Below are positions 1 to 10,097 of a stretch of DNA of 64,000 nucleotides, piece by piece. The stretch lies in the IMG/VR virus record IMGVR_UViG_3300033074_002116; one strand, given 5' to 3'. Every line of letters starts with the position of its first letter. Position 1 is the stretch's first letter. Under the pieces are notes generated by a model. It had not been told where the DNA came from, made no database searches, and saw only the letters and a list, made by a program, of their open reading frames with translations. Source of the stretch: an uncultured virus (IMG/VR IMGVR_UViG_3300033074_002116). Taxonomy: Duplodnaviria > Heunggongvirae > Uroviricota > Caudoviricetes. The position numbers and the translations under genes are program-made.

Positions 1-44
1 ATGTATCTGGTTTATACCGTTAGTGGGATTCTGAGTTTTACGGT

Positions 45-374
45 TTAAGTGTCTTCCAGTGCCTCGATCTTCTCCCGATACTCTTTCTCGATCCCCGCTT
101 TCAGGTCCGTGAACAGCTTCCTCTCCATATCTTCCGAGAGGCGATATTCTTTTATTGGCCTACCTTTGGTCTGTTCGGTAACGGGTTTCTGCCGGGATTC
201 TACATAAGCGGCAAGATCGCTCAGCGCCTTTGATACTTCGGGCTGACGGCACCAAGTGTCATGCTCGATCTGGAGAGATGTATGCCAGTCGTGGTCCTTT
301 GCCAGGTATCCAACAACCTTTGCATGCGCGGGACGCTTTCCCGCGGCTTTTAATGCCTTTTCAATATTTGGCAT
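45..374 (-). CDS. Winged-helix transcriptional regulator (archaeal TrmB/ArsR-like)
   Basis: IEHDTWCRQPEVSKALSDL recognition helix and TKGRPIKEYRL wing; divergent from the recombinase operon. Confidence 0.7.
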   Translation of the reverse strand: MPNIEKALKAAGKRPAHAKVVGYLAKDHDWHTSLQIEHDTWCRQPEVSKALSDLAAYVESRQKPVTEQTKGRPIKEYRLSEDMERKLFTDLKAGIEKEYREKIEALEDT

Positions 375-509
375 AGGATATAGTATTAAGCGGTATTGTA
401 TTTATTGTTTGCTAATTGGGGTTATTGTTTTGGATTTAGAGTTTTAATAAGTTTAATCTGGAAAACATTTTAAGTTTGGTAATTATCCTAAATTATACTT
501 ATCCAACAA

Positions 510-631
510 AAACGAACCCCCTATGTAGGCGGTTCGTTTACTGTCGTAAAAAAATTGCAAAATACCAAAACGAACCAAATAGAAAGGCTTAATACGAACT
601 AGATACAATTATAGTTTGTATGGACGAACCA
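510..631. promoter_or_regulatory. Two dyad sites ACGAAC-N14-GTTYGT plus extra half-sites, overlapping a TATA-like box
   Basis: AAACGAACC 510-518 / GGTTCGTTT 531-539; ATACGAACTA 592-601 / TAGTTTGTAT 612-621; half-sites at 570 and 624; CTTAATA at 588-594. Confidence 0.6.
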
Positions 632-757
632 GAATTGGGAAATCCGAAGTGCCCGTTGTGTAATAGGCCCCCAACTTGGGATCAATGGAAAGAAGTTTGG
701 GTTTGTCGCACCCATGGGGCTTTTAGTGGGGCATATCAATTAAAATACGGAGTATAA
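620..757 (+). CDS. Small Zn-ribbon protein (45 aa, not in ORF track)
   Basis: MDEPELGNPKCPLCNRPPTWDQWKEVWVCRTHG...; CxxC and CxxH; stop lies just before the recombinase ATG. Confidence 0.6.
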   Translation: MDEPELGNPKCPLCNRPPTWDQWKEVWVCRTHGAFSGAYQLKYGV

Positions 758-758
758 A

Positions 759-1409
759 ATGAGCGATGTAATCATTAAACAGAATACCAGGATATTTACG
801 CCTTCTGAATATGAAAGCCTCCGTGGGGCCATGGATGCTCCCCACTACCCTTTGATCTGCGATTGCCTGCTTCTTTCCGGTATGCGACCCATTGAATTCA
901 GTCGGTTCCAGCTTGACTGGTACAAAGCATCACGAAGGATAATAAAACTCCCCAAGGGGGCTTGCCTTAAGACCCGCTGTGAGTACAAAGAGCGTACAAT
1001 TAATCTTAGTATGCCGGGTTGTGACGTTTTTGATCGCCTGATCTCTACAAAGTTTAAGCGAAAAGGAGAAGAGGTTTATGCCTTTGAGATAATGCCAAAA
1101 AAGGTATCCTTCGGGGATACGTTGGGCCGTTATGCCGTTTCTGCCGGATTGCCTGAAGGCACCATAGAGTTACCGGGTGGTTTAAAATATACCGGTCCTG
1201 ATGCCGGGGTTACTCCGAAAGCATTCCGCAAAACTCTGGTGTCCTGGCTTGTTGCTTGTTACCCTGAAAAGTTGGCATATATAGCTGCAAGCATGGGTCA
1301 CACTCCTGAAACGATTGTAAAGAATTACCTCGGGCTTGGCTTTACCGATGCGGAAATTGAAGTTATGAAAGTAAAGTATCTTCCAAACTGGGGTGGTGGA
1401 GAAATATGA
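759..1409 (+). CDS. int: Tyrosine recombinase/integrase (catalytic domain only)
   Basis: SGMRPIE (Arg-I), TPKAFRKT (K-x-x-R in place of H-x-x-R), SMGHT and KNYL (catalytic Tyr). Confidence 0.85.
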   Translation: MSDVIIKQNTRIFTPSEYESLRGAMDAPHYPLICDCLLLSGMRPIEFSRFQLDWYKASRRIIKLPKGACLKTRCEYKERTINLSMPGCDVFDRLISTKFKRKGEEVYAFEIMPKKVSFGDTLGRYAVSAGLPEGTIELPGGLKYTGPDAGVTPKAFRKTLVSWLVACYPEKLAYIAASMGHTPETIVKNYLGLGFTDAEIEVMKVKYLPNWGGGEI

Positions 1410-1882
1410 TGGGCGGTATTACTGGAGATCAGATTCCGAAGAAGATTGTGGACACCGATTTTTGTTATATCTACCTCATGAGGATAGGTGCACCGCTTGC
1501 CGTTATCCACAAATTCGGAAGGACACGCAATCTTAAAAGCAGAATTCAATCTCTTTCCGGGGAGTGGGGCTTAGAAGTCTCATTAATCGCATATGGGATA
1601 ACTCGACATGGCGACTCTGTGGAAATGAAAATCCAGAAAGATTTTGAGGGTTTCTTATTCGGAGATCGCGGTATGCCTTATATCCCCCATCTCGGAGCCG
1701 AACATCTCTGGCTGGATACCCGCGGCTGTTACAAGGTCATAGATGCCATTGAAGGATATTGTGGTTATGCCTGGACTTGCGATAGACGAGATATTGATGC
1801 TATGCAGAGGTGCAAGTACTCCGTGCATTCCGAGTGCCCGATTATAAACAACCGGAGGAAAAATGACTCAAATTCGCCATAA
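1406..1882 (+). CDS. GIY-YIG superfamily protein (T5orf172-like)
   Basis: YIYLM...HKFGRTRNLKSRIQSL...VEMKIQ pattern. Confidence 0.7.
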   Translation: MMGGITGDQIPKKIVDTDFCYIYLMRIGAPLAVIHKFGRTRNLKSRIQSLSGEWGLEVSLIAYGITRHGDSVEMKIQKDFEGFLFGDRGMPYIPHLGAEHLWLDTRGCYKVIDAIEGYCGYAWTCDRRDIDAMQRCKYSVHSECPIINNRRKNDSNSP

Positions 1883-1942
1883 ACCGTATGATGCTATATA
1901 CAAAATGGGCTGCGAAAACAGAAATTTCGGGAGTGGTTCATA

Positions 1943-2380
1943 ATGGTCCAGCTCTGGCCCGGCATCCCGCCCGAAGTCCTCTGCGACATGTACCTGAACT
2001 CCTGCCTCAATGAGGGATTGAACCTGTTGATCCGGCACCATATGGCTAAGGGGCACCGGATTGATGGGTGGATTGGATATGCGGATATTCCAGTCGATAA
2101 GTCCTTGATTATAAATAGGATTTCAGAACTTCGCGAGGAAATGGAGAAACGAGGCAAAACCTGGAGTTATGCGGTTCTTCCTTCAGATAAAGTGGTTGTC
2201 GAGATTTATAAAAGGCATTTTGACTTTCTTGAAGATGCTGCAAGATCCGGATATAATATGAACATTGGCGGTAATCCCGCCAAGCTTGCCGCTAAATGTC
2301 TTGCCTGCCGGTACCGTGAGACACGATGCAAAGGAAAAGAAACGTGTGTGGAACGATTGAAAGCGAGGGAGATGATCTGA
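1943..2380 (+). CDS. Pyrimidine-dimer DNA glycosylase (T4 endonuclease V)-like protein
   Basis: MVQLWPGIPPEVLCDMYL N-terminus, RISELREEMEKRG motif, C-terminal KCLACR. Confidence 0.55.
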   Translation: MVQLWPGIPPEVLCDMYLNSCLNEGLNLLIRHHMAKGHRIDGWIGYADIPVDKSLIINRISELREEMEKRGKTWSYAVLPSDKVVVEIYKRHFDFLEDAARSGYNMNIGGNPAKLAAKCLACRYRETRCKGKETCVERLKAREMI

Positions 2381-2382
2381 AA

Positions 2383-4555
2383 ATGACGATTATTAAGGGC
2401 GATTCTGCAAAAACCACAAACGCCGAACGCGTACTCTCTTTATGTGGGATCGTAGGATCCGTTGCAGCAATGTTGTTTTGCTCATGGGTAGTTGGTGGAT
2501 CTAGTGTCTCAAGGTTGGGAGTTGCCTCCACAAAAATGTCTACAGACCCGTATGCGACCGGACTTGTTGAAAGTGTAATGCTTTTTATTGCGCTTCTTGT
2601 TTGGCATATATGGGTAGACTTTAGGGAGTGATCTGTAATGTCAAAACCGTTATCCTCCGAATTTTATTCTTTGGTTGCCGCACTTTTTACTATTGTTGCT
2701 GTTGTTTTTTTCTGTTTGGCTTGTCTCTCCTATTTTACATCAGATGAAGTCATTACCCGTGAAAACCAATGCACCAATTTTATGCAAAACATTTCGGGCA
2801 ATCAATCGATTTCAACCGTTGCATCGACAACATGTGCGTTTGGAGCGATATTTCCCCAAGAACAATACCCGCCGCGTCTGCCCAATCCGCAGATCAACGT
2901 CACGGTAAAAACGATCCATTTCCTCTGGCTTGGAGATTGTAAGGTTATGGCTTCGACCGGAGAGGTTTATCATTCCGCGGAGGATCAGATTTGCATGGCG
3001 CAGCCCGGGGAGAACCTGGCGGTATACCAGTACCGGACGCGGGATAATACGGTAACGGATTTGATTCAGATGGGGGCGTGATTGAAAATGAAAGGAAGTA
3101 TTTCCATTTTGATTATGGTGGGAATTTTGCTCCTTATTTTGATTTGGGCAATGTGTGGATTCCCCGCGAGTTTGCCCGAGGATAAAACAATAACTGTATC
3201 TTCTGCCAGTATGGCCCGTATGTCAGAATGGCAGGGACCAATGAGCCATGACGATTGTGTTTTAACTGATATTAACGGCGGATCCTACCATCTAATGCAA
3301 GATATAACATCGGAATATTGGTGCGTATCTGGGTGGAACCGGACTGAAGAGATCCATGCTGGTCAAAAATATCATATATCTTTACAGCGATCGCTGTTTA
3401 GCGAGATGAAGAATATAATATCTATCCAAAGAATTGAAGGGGTTTGATCAGAATGTCAAAAATTGATTGGGATTGGACGTTCGGCTCACTTGTCCAAATT
3501 CTTGCGTTCATATGCTGGGCAATCGACATATATTATGGATTCGCTACCTTGCAGCCCGTATTTGCGGTACAGGCGGTCGTCTGCTGCATTTGGTTTATCT
3601 TCGCTCCGTGGTGTGTATCAGAATACCTGCGATTCCTTACCGGGGAATGGCGAACGGTGCCGTCCATTTATAGGTATATTTTGTTTGATCGACATATCGG
3701 GGAAGCGGCGAGAACGGAACGTTTGGAGATTTAAAAATGGTGAATGATTGCGGAGTGTTTAACATTTTAAGTGCTGCGGCGTCTTTGCAGGCATTCGTTC
3801 TTGGATGCACCATTGTTGCTGCATTGTTAGGATTTTTTAAAGGGACAACATATGGACAAATTATTGAGGGCACGATTTTGCTTTTGATCGTATGCGTTAG
3901 TTTCTTTTATTATGATGCTCGGTATGAGGAATGTATCAAAGCCGAATGCGTTTTTAAAAGGGAGCTAGGCGATTGAATATGGCTACTTACAACCAAAAAA
4001 CCCACGAGCAATGTAAAAAGCGGGCCGAAACCGATCTGGCCTGCGTATTGGTACTTGCGGATTTCGAGCGTAGAAAATATGCGTTTCTTAACGGTTCGCT
4101 GAAATTTGTGGAGGGGGATTAAAAAAATGAAAAAATCGTTTAAGTTTGTATTCGCCGTGATCGTGATTTTAATGTTATTCAGTACGGCAAGCGCAGAATG
4201 TTTCTTTTTAGATCCGTTTTGCATTTCAGATAAAATATCCAAGAAAATGGTAGATTCTCACTATAGCGCTATTCAAGAATTAAATTCCGATCCCACATTA
4301 GTTGCGGCTTGTCACATGGAGTTCTGGAAGAATCAATCTAATGTGACTTGGTATGATGGCAGTGGAATACATTATGGCACCAAAGAGGGTGCGGGAACAC
4401 TCAATTATGTGTGTTATCGCCGCGATAACACTACACAAGTTGAATCGGTTGGGGTTTATGATTCATATTCTGCCGCATTTGAAACCGTGTTTTTCTATTA
4501 TCACGGCTATTTTAATGGAAATAATGGATGGGTATATGATGTAGGTGGTGCGTGA
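2383..4555 (+). other. Cluster of six small membrane/secreted protein genes (2383-2631, 2638-3081, 3088-3447, 3453-3734, 3737-3976, 4127-4555)
   Basis: Each has 1-2 hydrophobic helices or a signal peptide; co-directional and mostly tightly coupled. Confidence 0.65.
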
Positions 4556-4559
4556 ACCG

Positions 4560-6044
4560 ATGACCCACCATACCTTCCGAAAAGAGTACTGGGATCAGAC
4601 CATTGCGTTTGATTGCCCTTTGACTAAGAAGCGGCATACAATTGAGGATTGTTTCCAGAAGTGCCAGGAGAACAGCTATGATTACCGCAGAAATTCGGAA
4701 GGAACTGTCGCAGCCTTTCTATATTGCCTCATAGATCCGCAGGAGAGATTCCTGCATAATGGAGAAGTGAGGGGGGATTTGTAATGTCCGAAGATGTTAA
4801 ATTCGGTTTAGTAAAGGTTGTAGTTGGCGCTGCGGTTGGCGGTTGGTTGCTGTTTTTGGCACATGTTGGTGGATATCCATGACCCGAAAAGTATGTTTTA
4901 TTGGTGACGACGGGCGGGTTGCGACCTGCACCCGCGATGATGAGAACTGCGCCGTCTGCGATTCGAAATCCGATTACGGAAAAGGCTTCCCGAAAGACAA
5001 CCTGGAGCCCCGCAATGTGGTGATGGTCCCGGATTACCGGGCCCGATGCTGCGGGACGTGCGGCAACCGCAAGAAAGAAGCGTATCCGGAGCAGTATGGC
5101 GACCGAGTGTATTGCCTGCTGAGCTGGACTTTTAAGGATCGGTATGGGATTTGTAGTGGGGAGTTTAAGCTGGAGGGGGAGTGAGTTAAGATGGAAATTA
5201 TTAAAAGACGCAAAATAAGAGATGAATTTGGACTTACTGCGCGATGCCGACAAATTTATGATTGTATATCCGATAAATCGTTCGAGGATGCAGATACGAT
5301 TATATCAAGGGTAAATTCAAGTACGCAATATCTGGTAAAAGGTAAACGAAAGATTATTCGCCCATTGACGAAAAGGATCTTCTTCTCCACAGTCTATGTG
5401 ATTAAAAAGACTGGCCTTGTTGAGGTGGATGCCAGCTCTCCTTATCATCCGAGATATAAGAGAAATTTGATTATAGACAACTCGAAAGAGAGCGCCGGGT
5501 GATTTAATGGCCCTCGTAATCACAATAGGGGATTGCGCTGATACGATCCGCAAGTACTCGGCCCAGAGAATTGGCGAGAAGGCGCGTGGCTGGAATGATT
5601 ACATAGTATTCCGGCATCTGCCTTATGTAGTGGATCCCCGGGAGCGGATCGGTGTTGTCCGCCATAAGTATGAAGATGGTGCAGATGTTCTTGCGTTCAA
5701 AGTGCTGCACCTGATCACCGATGTGGAAAAGACGGTTAAGATTTCAAGGGGGAAGAAAAATGTCATCATCCAATGAACTAACCGAGAAAGATTGTGACAC
5801 GCTTATGTCGGCATTGACGAAATGTCAAATGCTCCGAGAGATCGTCAAAAATGAGAGGTGCAAATGCAAGCTTTGCATTGTAACTGAGGATCATCTGAAA
5901 GCGGCTGTACGGACCGGACATATTCTCGCGGTCCTGCCATTTGGATTCCCGGAAATGAGTACGGAAGAGGAGGGCAAGCTTATAGAAAAGCTGCACGATC
6001 TGGAACGGCTGACGTGGCTAAAAGGTAAGATAAAAGGCGAGTGA
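4560..6044 (+). other. Cluster of small hypothetical genes, including Cys-rich proteins (4560-4784, 4879-5184, 5760-6044), a wHTH-like protein (5191-5502) and 5507-5776
   Basis: Overlapping ORFs, several with SD-like G-rich motifs; CxxC motifs. Confidence 0.6.
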
Positions 6045-6427
6045 AGTTGCAAACCCAATTCCATTTCAATGATCTGGTTTTAGCCTTAAAAGAGTTTAAG
6101 CTGCCCTGCGCACCAAGCCGGGAGAGCGAGATAGAACTTAGGCTCGTGCTTTTCCTTGAATCCAGAAAATTTCCTGTTAAAGAGCAGATTAGCTTTAAAA
6201 CCGGGCGCCTTGATGTTGTTGTCGGCCCGTATATTATTGAAGTTAAAAAGCTCGCGGGAAAAGGGATTGTCGAGCAGCTTGACAGGTACTCGGGTTTATG
6301 CGAAGGGCTTATTGTGGTTTGCTGGAGGGCAAGTGACCCACTGAAACTAATCTTTGCGATGGAAAAGGTATCTGCGCGAATACCTGTTGAATTGATCGAG
6401 GTTCGCAATACGTGCAGGATTGTCTGA
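6041..6427 (+). CDS. PD-(D/E)xK endonuclease
   Basis: ESEIE...GRLDVVVG.YIIEVKK...EQLDRY motifs. Confidence 0.75.
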   Translation: MKLQTQFHFNDLVLALKEFKLPCAPSRESEIELRLVLFLESRKFPVKEQISFKTGRLDVVVGPYIIEVKKLAGKGIVEQLDRYSGLCEGLIVVCWRASDPLKLIFAMEKVSARIPVELIEVRNTCRIV

Positions 6428-6429
6428 AA

Positions 6430-9264
6430 ATGGCAGAAGATGTGTTAAGTTATGGAACGTTGGAATATGTCTACGTAGAGCCGAAGGGATACCATGGCAA
6501 TCACTGGCTGGTAAGGGGGCACCAGCCTTGCCTTATGATATCGCGGGTTATCCCAAATTCCTGGTCGAATGGTGTTGGGGAACGGTGCGTGCCGGATAAC
6601 ATTTCTGCTGCCGAACATCTCCAATGGATTATGATGCGGTATCCGCTAAAGATACTCAGCCCGGAGATCTGGTTAAAGAAAGTTGAAATTATCAACGAGA
6701 TAACAAAGAAGAAGCAAAGCCTCAGGACTCTTACCGATTCAGTAAATATCGATCCGCAATTTATTGGAACACTGTTGCCCTTCCAAAAGAAGGGGGTTGA
6801 TTTTCTTTTAAAGACCAATGGCTGCGCTCTTGTTGCTGACGAGATGGGGTTGGGCAAAGGTCATCCGATGGATACAAAACTATTGTCTCCGGGGGGCTGG
6901 GTTAATATGGCGGATGTAAAAATTGGTACACTCCTTATAGGAAGTGATGGTACCCCATATCCAGTAAAGGGAATTTTTCCACGCGGTGAGATGGATATTT
7001 ACCGCGTCAATTTCCAAGATGGTGCGTCGGTTGAATGCACAGATGATCATCTTTGGCAAGTGAATTCCCCGCTACGAAAAAATAGGGGATATAAACCAAA
7101 AGTGTTGCCACTTTGTGAGATACGAGAAAAATTAACTCACAAAAATGGAAATCGCCAACATTTCATACCTTTGGTAAAACCGGTTAAATTTTCCGAGGTT
7201 GCTGAGGCTGGAATAGATATAGATCCATATATTTTGGGGATTATCTTGGGAGATGGCGGAATAAGTACAACTACGGTTATAATTTCATCAAATGATACTC
7301 AGATTATTGAATGTTTGTCTGAATATTTTGATAAAAAAAATATGAGCGTTAAAAAAAGGATTACGGGATGTGATTACGGGATTGTTCACAAAAGTTTTCC
7401 CCGAAGGAATTGGTTGGTTCAAAATCTAAAAAATTTGGGGTTGATGGGGCTTAAATCCCAGACAAAATTTGTTCCGCGTCGTTATCTTTATACTACGCCG
7501 GAAAACAGAATTGCTCTTTTACAGGGGCTTATGGATACCGATGGATATGTTTCCAAGGATGGAATGGTAGTACAATTCACAACGGTCTCTAAACAGCTTG
7601 CAGATGACGTTAAATTTATAGTTCGATCTTTGGGGGGCGTTGTTAAGTTATCGACTGAGATTCCCTCATTTACGTATAAAGGATTGAAAAAGAATGGGCA
7701 ACGGGCATATACCCTTTCAATATCCCTTCCTGGGGGTATTACTCCATTTCGATTAAAAAGGAAAGTTGCACTTTTTCATCCGAAAACAAAATATCCCCCG
7801 ACACGATGTATAAAATCTGTTGATTATGTGGGTAAAAAACGGGCCCAATGTATTGCTGTTGATTCTCCGGATCACCTTTACGTAACGGAGGATTTTATTT
7901 TAACTCATAATACTGTGGAGGCCTTGTCCTATCTCGTAACCTGTCCCGATGGCGGGTTCCCCTGCCTTATTATCGCCCCGCTTGTTACTCTGGTCAACTG
8001 GGAGCGCGAGATAGAACGGTTCATAAAGACTTCTTCCGGCAAGCCGTTTTCCGTTACCAAAATCCGCAGCGGGAAAAAGGGTCCGCTGACCGGGCAGAGA
8101 ACATTGAGTGACACCGGTGGTAATGCACAAATTTATCTTATAAATTACGATCTTGTTTCCCGTAGGCGCGATGACCTGGCGAAAATTCCCTTTAAAACTA
8201 TTATTGCCGATGAATGCCAGCATTTGAGAAACCCGGGATCGCAAAAGACTGCTGCTGCCCGTGAGCTTGTCGATCTCCAGAGTGTGCGCCACCGGATTGG
8301 GTTAAGCGGGACGCCGTGTTACAATCACGGGATTGAGATCTGGAGTATCTGCGATTTTATTAATCCCGGAATGCTCGGCACCTTTTCCGAGTTCAGAAGT
8401 GAGTTTATTTATAGTTTTGATCCGAAAGGCAGCATTGTTGAAAGCAAGCGGGGCGCACTTTATGAGATGCTTTCCGAGAGCGTGATGATCCGCCGCAGGA
8501 AATCCGACGTTTTAACCGATCTTCCGGATAAGACCCGATATCGTCAGCAGATAGATATCGATAAAGGATATTACGAGAGCGAGATGCGGAAGAACCTTGC
8601 CAAACTCCGTGAACGGCTCGAAGCTGCGCAGGCAAGAACTGACTTTAAGGCAATCGCTGAAACATCCGCGTATACTGAGTTCAAGGGCAATGAACGCATT
8701 GCTGCCGGAGTTGCAAAGGTTCCTTACGTTGTCGAATTTGTTACCGCAATGATGGAGAACGAAGAACCACTTGTGGTGTTTTGCCATCATATTGCCGTGC
8801 ATGATGCCTTGAAGGAAAAGCTGGCTGCCTATAAACCGTCCTGCATTATCGGTGGCCAGACCGATCTGCAAAGGCAGTTTGAGATTGACCAGTTCCAGAA
8901 CGGTAAAACCAAGCTGATGATTGCAGGGCTTCGGGCCGGTAATGTTGGGATTAATCTTACAAAAGCAAATTACGTCGTCTTTGCAGAGCTTGACTGGTCC
9001 CCGGCTATTCACCGGCAGGCTGAAGACCGCCTTCACCGGATCGGGCAGAAAAATGCAGTGTTTGCTTATTACCTGGAGGGCAAGGGAACGCTTGATGAGA
9101 AGATTGTCGGGGTTTTAACGGATAAGACTTTAGAACTCGATGAAATCCTGGGGGATGCGAACCGTGAAGAGGGCGCTACGCCGGATGAGCCATTGACCGA
9201 ACGCAACCGGCAATTTGTTAAGGCTATGGAAGAGAGGTTTTCAAAACTGAAGGTTGGTGCGTGA
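6430..9264 (+). CDS. SNF2-family (SMARCAL1/HARP-like) helicase, intein-containing
   Basis: LLPFQKKG, ADEMGLGK[intein]T, DECQH, LSGTP, VVFCHH, GINLT, QAEDRLHRIGQ. Confidence 0.95.
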   Translation: MAEDVLSYGTLEYVYVEPKGYHGNHWLVRGHQPCLMISRVIPNSWSNGVGERCVPDNISAAEHLQWIMMRYPLKILSPEIWLKKVEIINEITKKKQSLRTLTDSVNIDPQFIGTLLPFQKKGVDFLLKTNGCALVADEMGLGKGHPMDTKLLSPGGWVNMADVKIGTLLIGSDGTPYPVKGIFPRGEMDIYRVNFQDGASVECTDDHLWQVNSPLRKNRGYKPKVLPLCEIREKLTHKNGNRQHFIPLVKPVKFSEVAEAGIDIDPYILGIILGDGGISTTTVIISSNDTQIIECLSEYFDKKNMSVKKRITGCDYGIVHKSFPRRNWLVQNLKNLGLMGLKSQTKFVPRRYLYTTPENRIALLQGLMDTDGYVSKDGMVVQFTTVSKQLADDVKFIVRSLGGVVKLSTEIPSFTYKGLKKNGQRAYTLSISLPGGITPFRLKRKVALFHPKTKYPPTRCIKSVDYVGKKRAQCIAVDSPDHLYVTEDFILTHNTVEALSYLVTCPDGGFPCLIIAPLVTLVNWEREIERFIKTSSGKPFSVTKIRSGKKGPLTGQRTLSDTGGNAQIYLINYDLVSRRRDDLAKIPFKTIIADECQHLRNPGSQKTAAARELVDLQSVRHRIGLSGTPCYNHGIEIWSICDFINPGMLGTFSEFRSEFIYSFDPKGSIVESKRGALYEMLSESVMIRRRKSDVLTDLPDKTRYRQQIDIDKGYYESEMRKNLAKLRERLEAAQARTDFKAIAETSAYTEFKGNERIAAGVAKVPYVVEFVTAMMENEEPLVVFCHHIAVHDALKEKLAAYKPSCIIGGQTDLQRQFEIDQFQNGKTKLMIAGLRAGNVGINLTKANYVVFAELDWSPAIHRQAEDRLHRIGQKNAVFAYYLEGKGTLDEKIVGVLTDKTLELDEILGDANREEGATPDEPLTERNRQFVKAMEERFSKLKVGA
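6859..7911 (+). mobile_element. Class 3 intein (351 aa) with LAGLIDADG homing endonuclease, inserted in Walker A
   Basis: Starts GHPMDT, block B CTDDHLW, LAGLIDADG motifs ILGIILGDGG and LLQGLMDTDG, block F AQCIAVD, ends FILTHN followed by Thr. Confidence 0.92.
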
Positions 9265-9271
9265 TTTAAAA

Positions 9272-9715
9272 ATGATGAGAAAATTGCTTTTCACCGTATT
9301 TCTGCTCTCCCTCTTATTTCCTTTGGGATCGCTCGCTTGTCCGGATGATTTTTCCCTTGCCTTGGACGGCCACATGGTACGTTTACAGATTTCTCCCCCA
9401 AACAGTACTCCGATAACAATTGTCCCGATTTGGGATCGTCAACTTGCTGAGGGGCTATTGTCGATGGGTTATATTGATGAAGTGCTAGAGTATGCGCCCC
9501 CATTCCATGCAATATTAACGAATACTTCTGATGAGGGATATGCCGATGTTGCATTGTATGGCGTGATGAAATACCGGATAACTTTTGAGAGGTTTAACAA
9601 GTCTTATCTATTGTACCCATATGAAGATATAACGTATGTCTTTTTTGTCGATAACCCTTCTTCCGGATATCTGGAGGTGAGATCTGATATGCGCTTTACC
9701 TTTGCCAAAAATTAA
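9272..9715 (+). CDS. Secreted hypothetical protein
   Basis: Sec-type signal peptide MMRKLLFTVFLLSLLFPLGSLA. Confidence 0.6.
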   Translation: MMRKLLFTVFLLSLLFPLGSLACPDDFSLALDGHMVRLQISPPNSTPITIVPIWDRQLAEGLLSMGYIDEVLEYAPPFHAILTNTSDEGYADVALYGVMKYRITFERFNKSYLLYPYEDITYVFFVDNPSSGYLEVRSDMRFTFAKN

Positions 9716-9877
9716 CGCTTTTTTCCTTAGAATGGAGATAGAAGTACGCTTAGCCGTGCAAAGAGTTGAATATAATAGCGAGAGGCTTCCAGTTGGATTT
9801 TATCGCGATCTCCGCGGGATGGGTATTTGTGTGCATGGCCGCGGCATTAAATTCTGATGCAAGTAACTTTTAGTAAC

Positions 9878-9897
9878 TTATTTATACTTATAATACG
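9878..9897 (+). promoter_or_regulatory. TATA-box promoter of the tRNA/ncRNA array
   Basis: TTATTTATACTTATAATAC just upstream of the GC-rich structured region starting near 9909. Confidence 0.6.
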
Positions 9898-10024
9898 CAT
9901 TATTATTTGGCGAGGAAAGCCCCTCTGATCAAGGATTGCAAGTACTGCCCGTAGCCGAATCAACGAGAAGGGTCGGTGAGGTCACCCGTGTACCGAAAGT
10001 TGCCCGAAAAACACGGGGCTGAAC

Positions 10025-10095
10025 GCAACCTCGGACTGGCGAAGTCCTGCCCCATTGATCGTGGAAGGCACCGGGTTCAACTCCCGGAGGTTGCA
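10025..10095 (+). tRNA. tRNA-like element with atypical D and anticodon arms (nominal GAT anticodon)
   Basis: Acceptor GCAACCT/AGGTTGC+A; T-arm CCGGG-TTCAACT-CCCGG; D hairpin GGACT/AGTCC; bulged arm TGCC-CCA-TTGATCG-TGG-AA-GGCA. Confidence 0.6.
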
Positions 10096-10097
10096 TC

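Noticed and set aside
1943..2380. Cas4-like nuclease (C-terminal CxxC...C)
   Set aside because: No PD-(D/E)xK core; the N-terminus fits endonuclease V-like proteins better
9912..10023. RNase P RNA (GAGGAAAGCCCC ... GGGGCT resembles P4)
   Set aside because: Only ~110 nt, no bulged U or recognisable CR-IV/CR-V, and the 3' segment has a competing local hairpin (CCCGTGT/ACACGGG)
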